In this document: piece after piece, positions 46,729 to 54,842 of the stretch | How the letters are laid out: each line of letters opens with the position of its first letter | Position numbering within the stretch: the stretch's first letter is position 1 | Origin: an uncultured Eubacteriales bacterium | GTDB lineage: Bacteria > Bacillota > Clostridia > TANB77 > UBA1234 | NCBI GenBank assembly: GCA_949283575.1 | Contig: CASDSU010000028.1 | Location: 391,706 to 455,705, forward strand | DNA length: 64,000 nt | Direction of reading: 5' to 3' | Notes under the pieces: generated by a model | Told to the model about the DNA's origin: nothing | Seen by the model: the letters and a program-made list of their open reading frames with translations, nothing else | Databases searched by the model: none | Made by a program: the position numbers and the translations under genes

Positions 46729-46869
46729 TATCTAAATAATCCATAAAGAAGATACGCCAATTATGCAAGTAAGAGCAGTCCTAGAGCAAGCAATGTTGAC
46801 GTATCTTCACCCCCCTCATTAATTAAAAATAAAATTAAGGCACCTATTAAAAAGTTGTCTAAATTATCT

Positions 46870-47193
46870 TTAAAATCTATTTTCATTTTTATCATCATTC
46901 CTATTTAATTCAGAGATTACAGAAGAAAGCTTTAACATTCGTATGTATTGATCTACTTTTTCTTGTTTTGATTTTCTAAGAAATGGTCGTAAAGAATTGA
47001 GCAAGTTAGCGCTTGCACTGTTTTCATTAGAGTTCATTGATTTCATTAGTTTAGTTATTTTCATGATTGTTTCCATATCTGGCATTTCGAAATTGTTTTG
47101 ATTTGAAATATTTGCTTCGCTGGATCCATTTTGCGAATTATTCATTCCTGACAGCATTTCGAAAATCTTTGATAAATCTGGAGTTTCTCCCAT
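46870..47193 (-). CDS. Hypothetical 107-aa Asn/Ser-rich protein
   Basis: GGAGGTGAG RBS before ATG 47193 (MGETPDLSKIFEML..). Conserved-looking C-terminus LLNSLRPFLRKSKQEKVDQYIRMLKL. Confidence 0.55.
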   Translation of the reverse strand: MGETPDLSKIFEMLSGMNNSQNGSSEANISNQNNFEMPDMETIMKITKLMKSMNSNENSASANLLNSLRPFLRKSKQEKVDQYIRMLKLSSVISELNRNDDKNENRF

Positions 47194-47258
47194 AATCTCA
47201 CCTCCTAAATTAAACAAATTTGAATGTGCATGATGCTTGAAACAATGCATAAATTAAG

Positions 47259-47423
47259 CTATTTTTTGCCATTTTGCCTTTCTTTTCTTATTAAATCAAG
47301 CAATTTTTGATAATCATTTTCATTTAATATGCCTTTAGTTTTTTCTAGAGTCTTGTTTAGTTCCTCATCACTCATGTTTCTGATGCTATTTAGGAACATT
47401 GTGTAAATCATTTCGTTATTCAT
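47259..47423 (-). CDS. Hypothetical 54-aa helical protein
   Basis: GGAGGTG RBS before ATG 47423 (MNNEMIYTMFLNSIRNMSDEEL..). Lies just upstream of the 46870 gene, so probably co-transcribed. Confidence 0.45.
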   Translation of the reverse strand: MNNEMIYTMFLNSIRNMSDEELNKTLEKTKGILNENDYQKLLDLIRKERQNGKK

Positions 47424-47594
47424 TAAAAACGCACCTCCATAAAATAATATATGCAAGTGCACTGGAAAGTGACCTAGTAATTTGAAAAAATTTTATGACA
47501 AGAAATGGAAAAAGAAGCTATATTTTGGGAGGGATAACTTCTTTTTTGCTGTAAATAAATTGGCTAAAAATATTACGGTTTAGCCGATTTGCGG

Positions 47595-47623
47595 TTGATA
47601 TTATCTTTAAAATAGTATATAAT
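47595..47623 (+). promoter_or_regulatory. Sigma-A-type promoter for acpS
   Basis: TTGATA-17 nt-TATAAT. Confidence 0.65.
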
Positions 47624-47695
47624 TATCGGCGATAATAAATTTATCAATCGTTTATGCCCGTAGTTTATACGGCTGAGCTAATTGGAGGTGAAGGC

Positions 47696-48088
47696 GTGGC
47701 GATTTTTTGTGGTACAGATATTGTAAGTGTGGAAAGAATCAAGAATTCTATAAATGAGCTTGGTGATACTTTCCTTAAAAGAATTTATACGGACGAAGAA
47801 ATTAGCTATTGCGAATCTAGACGAATGTCGAAGTTTCAAAGTTATGCTGCACGTTTTGCTGCGAAGGAGGCTGCATACAAAGTGCTTTCTCCGGATACTG
47901 CTGAAGGTGTACGATGGCATGATGCGGAAATTGTTAGAAAAGATAATGGGAAACCAATTTTAGTTTTTCATGGAAGGCTTAAAGAAGTTGCGGATGAGAA
48001 AGGAATTACGGCTGAGGCTATTGATGTGAGTTTGTCTCATGATGATTCTTTCGCCATTGCAACTATTGTGATTGCAAAAAATTCGTGA
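47696..48088 (+). CDS. acpS: Holo-[acyl-carrier-protein] synthase
   Basis: GGAGG 7 nt before GTG 47696. ..GTDIVSVERI.. and ..FAAKEAAYKVL.. are AcpS motifs. Confidence 0.88.
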   Translation: MAIFCGTDIVSVERIKNSINELGDTFLKRIYTDEEISYCESRRMSKFQSYAARFAAKEAAYKVLSPDTAEGVRWHDAEIVRKDNGKPILVFHGRLKEVADEKGITAEAIDVSLSHDDSFAIATIVIAKNS

Positions 48089-48182
48089 AACATTTTATAA
48101 AGATAATATGTGCTTTTTTAATACATGGATACGTAAGGATATCCGGCGTGAAACATTTATATATAGAAAGAGGGATTAATTA

Positions 48183-50195
48183 ATGAAAGTTTTAATAGGT
48201 GGTGCTTGGCCATATGCGAATTATAAGCTACACTTAGGGCATGTTGCAGGTTTGATTGGTGGTGACTTGCTTGCGAGATATCATCGTGCAAAAGGTGATG
48301 ATGTTATTTATGTTTCGGGTTCTGATTGTCATGGAACACCGATTACTGAGAGAGCAAAACTTGAGGGGATAACTCCAAAAGAGATTTGCGATAAATACCA
48401 TGAATTATTTTTGAAATCTTTTGATGGATTGAATTTTTCATATGATTTATATACTTTGACAGAAACTGATTATCATAAAGCTAAGGTTCAAGAAATTATT
48501 AAGAAAATTTATGATAATGGTGCAATTTATGAAAAAGTTGAGCCTCAAGCTTATTGTGAGCATTGTCATAAGTTTATGGCCGATAGAGAGCTTCAAATCA
48601 CATGTCCAAAATGTGGAGAACTTACAAAAGGTGATTGTTGTGATTGTGGATATGCTCCAACAGAGGAAGATTTATTAAATGCAACATGTAGAGCTTGCGG
48701 TGCACAAACTGTTCAAAAAGATAATAAGAATTTATATATTGCACTTTCAAAGATGCAGGATGAAATTGAAAAATTTGTTTCTGCAAATAAAGGCAAATGG
48801 AGAATTAATGCTCAAAATGAAACAGAAAAATATCTTCGTGAAGGCCTAAGAGACAGAGCAATTACAAGAGATTTAGATTGGGGTATTGATGTTCCAGTTG
48901 AAGGTTATGATGATAAAAAGTTATATGTTTGGATTGAAGCTGTTTTAGGTTATGTTACAGCTGCAATGAGAATTTGTGAAGAGCGTGGTATAGATTGGGA
49001 AGACTATTGGAAGAGAGCCGATAGAATGTACATGGTTCACGGAAAAGACAATATTGTGTTCCATAGCATAATTTTCCCAGCATTGCTTCTTTCTTCAAGA
49101 GAAGGCTTTTCTTTACCAGACGTTATTGTTTCTTCTGAATATTTGAATTTCAATAACGAGAAAGCTTCTAAGAGTAAAGGAAATGCAATCAGTGCATTAG
49201 ATGCTGTTGAAAATCTAAACTCAGATACAATTAGATTCCATTTGATAAGCAATGGTCCTGAAAGAAAAGATACTAACTTCTCAATTTCAGAGTATGTTGC
49301 GACTCACAACAATGAAGTTACTAACAAATATGGAAATTTTGTTAATAGAACATTAAAATTCAAAGGAATTTCTGAAATTCCTGCGGGAGTTGTTGATGCA
49401 TCGATTAGTGAACTAATTAAGAATGCTTATGTTGAAATTGGAAACGATATTGAAAAACTTAACTTCAAAGATGCTGCAGATAAAGCTATCAAACTTATTG
49501 ATGATGCAAATAAATATTATGATGATCAAAAACCTTGGATTCAATTTAAGGAGAATATAGAAGAATTCAATAATACAATATTTACTTGTGCAACGCTTAT
49601 TGCAAATATAGCAAATATCATGGAACCATTTATGCCTGCTTCTTCTGAAAAAGTTAGAGCAATATTTGGTTTCGAAAAAGCTACTTGGGAGCCAGTTTCA
49701 ATCAATGCTGGAATTAAGTTAGATAATGTTGAAGTGCTGTTCACAAGATTTGATGAAAAAGTTGTTTTAGCAAAGTTCGATGAAATCAACAAAGCTAAAG
49801 ATGCTGAAAAAGCTAAGGCTGCAGCAGCTGTTAATGCAAAGAATGAAACTTCGAATAAAGTTGAAAATGATGAATTAATATCAATTGATTATTTAGATAA
49901 AGTTAAATTAAGAATTGCAAAAGTTCTTTCAGCAGAAAGAGTTGAAGGTTCAGAAAAATTATTGAAACTTCAAGTATCATTAGGTAACGAAACAAGACAA
50001 ATTGTTGCTGGACTACAAAAATATTATGCACCAGAAGATTTGATTAATAAAAACGTTGTAATAGTTGCAAACTTGAAACCAGCTAAATTAAAAGGAATCG
50101 AGTCACAAGGAATGGTGCTTGCTGCTGGAGAAGGGGACGTAGTAAAAGTTTTAACAGTAGAAGGCGAAATCGAAGCAGGCTCAGAAGTCTGCTAA
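48183..50195 (+). CDS. metG: Methionine--tRNA ligase with a C-terminal tRNA-binding domain
   Basis: HIGH-type HLGH, a zinc knuckle (CPKCG..CDCG), KMSKS-type KASKS, and a C-terminal Trbp111-like domain (LRIAKVLSAERVEGSEKLLKLQV). Confidence 0.95.
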   Translation: MKVLIGGAWPYANYKLHLGHVAGLIGGDLLARYHRAKGDDVIYVSGSDCHGTPITERAKLEGITPKEICDKYHELFLKSFDGLNFSYDLYTLTETDYHKAKVQEIIKKIYDNGAIYEKVEPQAYCEHCHKFMADRELQITCPKCGELTKGDCCDCGYAPTEEDLLNATCRACGAQTVQKDNKNLYIALSKMQDEIEKFVSANKGKWRINAQNETEKYLREGLRDRAITRDLDWGIDVPVEGYDDKKLYVWIEAVLGYVTAAMRICEERGIDWEDYWKRADRMYMVHGKDNIVFHSIIFPALLLSSREGFSLPDVIVSSEYLNFNNEKASKSKGNAISALDAVENLNSDTIRFHLISNGPERKDTNFSISEYVATHNNEVTNKYGNFVNRTLKFKGISEIPAGVVDASISELIKNAYVEIGNDIEKLNFKDAADKAIKLIDDANKYYDDQKPWIQFKENIEEFNNTIFTCATLIANIANIMEPFMPASSEKVRAIFGFEKATWEPVSINAGIKLDNVEVLFTRFDEKVVLAKFDEINKAKDAEKAKAAAAVNAKNETSNKVENDELISIDYLDKVKLRIAKVLSAERVEGSEKLLKLQVSLGNETRQIVAGLQKYYAPEDLINKNVVIVANLKPAKLKGIESQGMVLAAGEGDVVKVLTVEGEIEAGSEVC

Positions 50196-50203
50196 ATAAA
50201 AAA

Positions 50204-50228
50204 GGACAAAGGAATGGTTCTTTTGTCC
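50204..50228. repeat. GGACAA hairpin repeat copy (variant loop)
   Basis: AAAAAAGGACAAAGGAATGGTTCTTTTGTCCTTTTTT, 8 nt after the metG stop and 30 nt before the tatD ATG. Confidence 0.8.
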
Positions 50229-50258
50229 TTTTTTAAAATGGAAATTAGGAGAAAACTT

Positions 50259-51020
50259 ATGATTTTTTTTGATTCACACACACATTTATTAGATGAGCAA
50301 TTTGATGGAATAAGAGACGAGATAGTTGATAACGCCAAGAAGAACAATGTTTTATATATGACAGATATAGGGTATAATAAAGAGACTTCAAGGCAAGCTG
50401 TTGAAAATGCTAAGATATATGATGGTGTTTATGCAACAGTTGGAATTCATCCAGAAAACATTGATGATTTAGATGATGATTTTAAATTTATATATGAACT
50501 TGTTAAGGAACCGAAAGTGGTTGCGATTGGTGAGATTGGTCTGGATTATCATTATGGTGGAGATGCTGAGAAGCAAAGAGAAATTTTTGTTAAGCAGATT
50601 CAGATTGCAAACGAGCTTGGGAAGCCAGTCGTGATTCATAGTAGAGATGCAGATATGGATATGCTTAAGATTTTGAAAGAGAACAAGATTGAAAATGGTT
50701 TTGTGATGCATTGTTTTTCTTCAAGTACAGAGGTTTTGAAAGAGGTATTAAAGTTAGGTGCCTACGTATCGCTTGCAGGTCCGGTTACTTTTAAGAATGC
50801 TCGTTCATTAATCGATGTGGCAAAATTAGTTCCTGAAGATAAATTATTAATTGAAACTGATGCGCCATATCTTGCGCCAGAACCATTTAGAGGAAAAAGA
50901 AATGAAGCTGCTTACGTAGTTCATACAGCGCAAAAGATTGCAGATTTAAGGGAATGTTCGCTTGAAAAGATTTCTGAGATAACAACAAGAAATGCGAAGA
51001 ATTTTTATGGAATAAAATAA
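50259..51020 (+). CDS. tatD: TatD-family metal-dependent DNase/hydrolase
   Basis: AGGAG 7 nt before ATG 50259. FFDSHTHL.., ..AIGEIGLDYHY.., ..VVIHSRDA.., ..ETDAPYLAP. Confidence 0.92.
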   Translation: MIFFDSHTHLLDEQFDGIRDEIVDNAKKNNVLYMTDIGYNKETSRQAVENAKIYDGVYATVGIHPENIDDLDDDFKFIYELVKEPKVVAIGEIGLDYHYGGDAEKQREIFVKQIQIANELGKPVVIHSRDADMDMLKILKENKIENGFVMHCFSSSTEVLKEVLKLGAYVSLAGPVTFKNARSLIDVAKLVPEDKLLIETDAPYLAPEPFRGKRNEAAYVVHTAQKIADLRECSLEKISEITTRNAKNFYGIK

Positions 51021-51024
51021 AAAA

Positions 51025-51049
51025 GGACAAAAGCCCCGTCCCTTTGTCC
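51025..51049 (+). repeat. GGACAA hairpin repeat copy (exact consensus)
   Basis: GGACAAAAGCCCCGTCCCTTTGTCC, 4 nt after the tatD stop and 17 nt before the trpS ATG. Confidence 0.9.
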
Positions 51050-51066
51050 CGAATGGAGGTATTTAT

Positions 51067-52053
51067 ATGGATAAAAAAATAATGCTTACTGGTCTTCAAC
51101 CTACTGGTACGATTACGCTTGGTAATTATATTGGTGCGATTAAGCAAATGGTTGAATATCAAAAAAAATATAAATCGATAATTTTTATTGCTGATATGCA
51201 TGCTATTACGGTTCCGATTGATAGCGATACACTTGCTAATAATATTAGACAACTAATTGCTATTTATATTGCTTGTGGAATTGATCCTGAAAAGAATTTA
51301 ATTTTCTTACAATCAGATAATGAATATCACGCGAATATTTCATGGATGCTTGAATGCAATACATATTTCGGCGAGCTTAGTAGAATGACTCAATTTAAGG
51401 ATAAAAGTGCTAAAAATCAAAATTTTACAGCAGGTTTGTTTACTTATCCAGCACTTATGGCTGCGGATATTCTTGCGTATGATACTAATTATGTTCCAGT
51501 TGGAATTGATCAAAAACAACATGTGGAGATTGCTAGAGATATCGCAATTAGATTTAATAAGAAATATGGTGATACTTTTGTAGTACCTGAGCCACTTATA
51601 AGAGAGGCTGGTACAAAGATTATGGATTTGCAAGATCCGACGAAGAAAATGAGTAAGTCTTCAGAAAGTCAAAAAGGTGTTATCAGAATTTTGGATGATG
51701 TTAATACGATTAGAAAGAAAATTAATTCAGCGGTTACAGATTCTGTCGCAAAAGTTAATTATGATCCTGAGAATCAACCTGGAATTGCAAACCTTATAAA
51801 TATTTATACAAGTTTGACTGGCGTTTCTAAGGAAGAAGTAGTGGAACAGTTCGCAGATGCGAATTATGGTACTTTCAAAAAGGCTGTTGGTGATGTTGTT
51901 GCTGAGAAATTTGAGAAAATTCAAGCAAGATATAATGAACTTATAAATAGCGATGAATTAGACAAAATTCTGGATGAAGGTATGCAAAAGTCTAGAGAGA
52001 TTGCGAAAGAAAAGTATGAGATGATGAAGAATAAGATTGGGTTAAGAAGATAA
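51067..52053 (+). CDS. trpS: Tryptophan--tRNA ligase
   Basis: GLQPTGTITLGNYIGA (HIGH region), KMSKS and a GGAGG RBS. Confidence 0.95.
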   Translation: MDKKIMLTGLQPTGTITLGNYIGAIKQMVEYQKKYKSIIFIADMHAITVPIDSDTLANNIRQLIAIYIACGIDPEKNLIFLQSDNEYHANISWMLECNTYFGELSRMTQFKDKSAKNQNFTAGLFTYPALMAADILAYDTNYVPVGIDQKQHVEIARDIAIRFNKKYGDTFVVPEPLIREAGTKIMDLQDPTKKMSKSSESQKGVIRILDDVNTIRKKINSAVTDSVAKVNYDPENQPGIANLINIYTSLTGVSKEEVVEQFADANYGTFKKAVGDVVAEKFEKIQARYNELINSDELDKILDEGMQKSREIAKEKYEMMKNKIGLRR

Positions 52054-52070
52054 AGTTATTGAACTTGGTG

Positions 52071-52086
52071 TTTCGTCTCTTTGTCC
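52071..52086 (+). repeat. Half copy of the GGACAA repeat (right arm only)
   Basis: TTTCGTCTCTTTGTCC compared with the consensus ..CCCGTCCCTTTGTCC. Confidence 0.4.
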
Positions 52087-52109
52087 GTTTTGGCAAATGA
52101 AAAAAGAAA

Positions 52110-52143
52110 CCCCGCAGCATCGTTAGATGTTGCGGGGTTTTTG
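52110..52143. terminator. Bidirectional terminator after trpS and the 52191 gene
   Basis: CCCCGCAGCAT-CGTTAG-ATGTTGCGGGG (one G-U pair) followed by TTTTT, with an A-run upstream. Confidence 0.85.
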
Positions 52144-52190
52144 TGTTGATTTTGCGAATACACTTTTTAGGGTTCTCCTCGAAGTGCAAA

Positions 52191-53792
52191 TTATTTGAAG
52201 GTGAGGTTTGTTACTACGCGGGTGTTGCCATATTGGTTGTAGGATACATCGATGGTTGCACCGGGAATTAGCTTGGCGTGCTGATCGTAAGATACGGTGA
52301 TGTCGGACAAGTAGTAGGTGTCGATGCCAACGAGTTTGAAGATGTAGGTGGTGTTGCCATCAATTACAGCTTCATAGACAGATTCGACGACGCCGGAGTC
52401 ACCTTGGGTCTCGAGAGTAGTTATTTTCTGTCTGTAGGAAAGCACAGCTTTATCAACGGTTTCTTCAACTGTGACAATGTTGTAGTCTTCCTTATTGACA
52501 AGTGCATACCGCTTTACAAGGCCCTGATTATCCTTCAACGTCAGGAAGTACGATTCGATACTGTCGATGTTTACAAGCATAACGGGACCAGCGGAGTAAC
52601 CGTACTGCTGAACCAGACCTTTTGCAGATGCCTGAGCAGAAGATTCCTCGGCGCCAGGAGCTGCGTAGTAAGTAATTTCACCAGTTCGCATATTGGCCAA
52701 AATGAAGCCAATATTAGATTCATCATTACCTGCGGAGGTTACGCCTGTGTACAGGATTACATCGCCAGCGTTGGGATAGAGGTAGTATTGAGATTTGTCG
52801 AATGCATAAGAAGTCTTGCGTACGTCCTTATTGGAGAAATTCATGGCACCGTGTACGTACTTGAAATGCCAATCAATTTCTTCCATTAAGTGTTCAATAG
52901 AGTAAACATTATCTACCCATTCGGGAACTTCAGTAAGACCATATTTCTGAGATTCACCGGTTGCAGCATTCAGAATGATTACACCGTCAACAACTTTTGC
53001 ACCGAAAATTCCAGCAGTAGACTTCATAGTCGAGATGATGTAGTAGGGTTTACCATTTTCGTCGATTTCGAAATGGTAGTCGCCGAAAATAGTGCTACCG
53101 TACTGACCACGGAGATGTCGGAACATATCGTTACCCCAGAATGCAGAAGGTGCGTAGCGGATGGTAAGTTCCGAAGGCAGTTCAACAAGCTTTGCTTCAC
53201 CAGTGTAGATGTTGACCATGACGTAGCCAGGAATACCAGTGGATTTGGAGTTGTTATACTTCCAGAAACCGCCGTATTCGAGAGGACTGATACGGAAAAA
53301 ATCGCCATTGTATTCAATCAGCGTATATTCAGAACTGACTTCATACTGAGACAAATATTTTTCCATTACGCCCATGGCGCGGTCACCAAGTTTTGCAGCG
53401 GTGTATACGTCAATAACGGGAATATCATCTTTCGTGTCGACCACAGGAAGTGCGCTTACAGCAGTTCCTTCAGCTGCAATGTTTACTTCGTGTGCATTCC
53501 GGAAATCTTCAGAATGGAAAAGCGGTGTAGAAGCAACGCAGAAGATGATTCCAAGGACAGCTACCAATCCAGTAAAACACGAGCAGATGATTGCAGGGGC
53601 GGGGTGAGCGTTGTAACAGCACTCGTCAGCGATGTAGAAGCCAATCCACTCGACAAAAGTGAAGATTAAGCCGACACCGAAAAGGAACCACCAGAGTTCA
53701 CCGCTTGTGAAGTTGAACGCGGGACCAACAATGTAGTAGAGTCCCCAGGAGAGCAGACCAGAAATTACGGTTGAGATTGCGATTGAGATCAT
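52191..53792 (-). CDS. Membrane-anchored protein with a large extracytoplasmic domain (533 aa), unknown function (GC-rich gene)
   Basis: AAGGAGGAAG 6 nt before ATG 53792. 3 N-terminal TM helices followed by ~430 aa soluble. One spot count gives 52% G+C. Uses in-frame CGG at 52511-52509 and 53501-53499. Confidence 0.8.
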   Translation of the reverse strand: MISIAISTVISGLLSWGLYYIVGPAFNFTSGELWWFLFGVGLIFTFVEWIGFYIADECCYNAHPAPAIICSCFTGLVAVLGIIFCVASTPLFHSEDFRNAHEVNIAAEGTAVSALPVVDTKDDIPVIDVYTAAKLGDRAMGVMEKYLSQYEVSSEYTLIEYNGDFFRISPLEYGGFWKYNNSKSTGIPGYVMVNIYTGEAKLVELPSELTIRYAPSAFWGNDMFRHLRGQYGSTIFGDYHFEIDENGKPYYIISTMKSTAGIFGAKVVDGVIILNAATGESQKYGLTEVPEWVDNVYSIEHLMEEIDWHFKYVHGAMNFSNKDVRKTSYAFDKSQYYLYPNAGDVILYTGVTSAGNDESNIGFILANMRTGEITYYAAPGAEESSAQASAKGLVQQYGYSAGPVMLVNIDSIESYFLTLKDNQGLVKRYALVNKEDYNIVTVEETVDKAVLSYRQKITTLETQGDSGVVESVYEAVIDGNTTYIFKLVGIDTYYLSDITVSYDQHAKLIPGATIDVSYNQYGNTRVVTNLTFK

Positions 53793-54028
53793 TGATTCTT
53801 CCTCCTTAATGATGTTTGTCAATTCGTAGGGACACAAGGAAAACACCGTGACTAGATTGACCACTGCTAGATTTAGCTAACGTAGTAAATTATACCATGA
53901 TATGGTAATTGAATCAACATAATGCGGAGCTAGAGCGAGAAAACAAGAGTAAAATTGAATAAGGTTTGAGAGAAATATGAAAAAAATCGAACTTATTAAG
54001 ACAAAATTGAGTAAATATGATTCAAAAA

Positions 54029-54046
54029 GGACAAACTGCTCTGTCC
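54029..54046. repeat. Short GGACAA hairpin repeat copy
   Basis: AAAAAGGACAAACTGCTCTGTCCTAAAA. Confidence 0.5.
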
Positions 54047-54086
54047 TAAAAGTCAATATGAGCGGTGTATAAAAATGAAATGGTAT

Positions 54087-54153
54087 AAAGAAAGTAGACA
54101 CAAATGAAGTGAACCCCAAAATGTTCACTTCACAAAGTCTACTTTCTTTTTTT
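54087..54153 (+). terminator. Compound 13+10-bp hairpin with a T-run and no annotated upstream gene
   Basis: AAAGAAAGTAGAC/GTCTACTTTCTTT (54087-54099 / 54137-54149) encloses TGAAGTGAAC/GTTCACTTCA (54105-54114 / 54123-54132), then TTTT. Confidence 0.6.
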
Positions 54154-54518
54154 AGCTTAATTCTAGGGATTGGTGGAAGGGAGAATTTCGTTCTTTTAAC
54201 GGACGTTACTTGGTGGATGATGATGAGGAATGGCTACGGAGTGAAGAGAGAAAGAGGTGAAATAAGGAAGTGTTACAGATTTGTTACAAGAGTTGTAACT
54301 GGGATGTAATAAAAACGTAAATGAAACTTAATAAAAGGCGATTTTTGTCACAAATTAGAAATGTGAAAATGTGCTTCCGTAAAGGGAAAAAGGATGAACT
54401 AAACCTGCAAACCCTACTTATATCAATAATACGCGCGTATGCGCGTGTTTACACGCACTTGTATTTGTGCAAAAATAGGTTGTAGTTGAAAACAAATGAG
54501 TAAGGAGGTGTGCAATCA

Positions 54519-54683
54519 ATGCGAGAAGTTAATATGACAACTTTGAGAAAAGACCTGAATGTTGGTCAAATTTTTGATGAGGTTTTGCAGAAATACAGAA
54601 GAGAATACAGTAGCAGTGGATTGATTGCATGCACGAGAAATGTAAATAAAAAATTCAAAACTAGTAGAGAGGGGGCGATGTAA
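54519..54683 (+). CDS. Possible 54-aa ORF upstream of the second giant gene
   Basis: AAGGAGG 10 nt before ATG 54519. MREVNMTTLRKDLNVGQIFDEVLQKYRREYSS... is loosely Phd/YefM-like at the N-terminus. Below the track size cutoff. Confidence 0.3.
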   Translation: MREVNMTTLRKDLNVGQIFDEVLQKYRREYSSSGLIACTRNVNKKFKTSREGAM

Positions 54684-54769
54684 TTGAGTGGTATTGTGAA
54701 AAAGTTAATACAAAAGATGTTTAGATGTGTGAATAATTATTACATCGTGCCGGAGAAAAATGAGAAAAT

Positions 54770-54796
54770 GGACAAAAGACTTTGTCTCATTTGTCC
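54770..54796. repeat. GGACAA hairpin repeat copy with a duplicated right arm
   Basis: GGACAAAAGACTTTGTCTCATTTGTCC, 46 nt upstream of ATG 54843. Confidence 0.7.
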
Positions 54797-54842
54797 CAAA
54801 TATGAAAACAAAAGAGAAAAAATGAGAATTTGGAGGATTCAA

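Noticed and set aside
46748-46808. 9-bp stem GAAGATACG/CGTATCTTC enclosing a 43-nt loop, followed by a C6 run, considered as a tRNA-like or ncRNA element
   Set aside because: No T-arm or D-arm motifs and no supporting inner helices that I could find. It lies in a convergent intergenic region, so it is probably just part of a terminator zone. Left unannotated.
48089-48182. T-box leaders upstream of metG and trpS
   Set aside because: The intergenic regions are only ~94 nt (metG) and 46 nt (trpS), too short for a T-box. No specifier or T-box sequence is seen.
52278-53669. Two abutting long plus-strand ORFs (203 and 259 aa) in the track
   Set aside because: They are antisense to the 52191-53792 gene, which has a strong RBS, TM helices and a continuous 533-codon frame. 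The plus-strand products look like low-information antisense translations, expected from GC-rich coding DNA.
2343-54796. Possibility that the GGACAA repeats are a CRISPR array
   Set aside because: Copies are kilobases apart with no regular spacing and sit at gene boundaries. There is no repeat-spacer structure and there are no cas genes.
54684-54842. Upstream in-frame starts (TTG 54684, GTG 54696, ATG 54768) for the second giant gene
   Set aside because: They have no RBS, one lies in the hairpin repeat, and they would bury the signal peptide. ATG 54843 has GGAGG 6 nt upstream.
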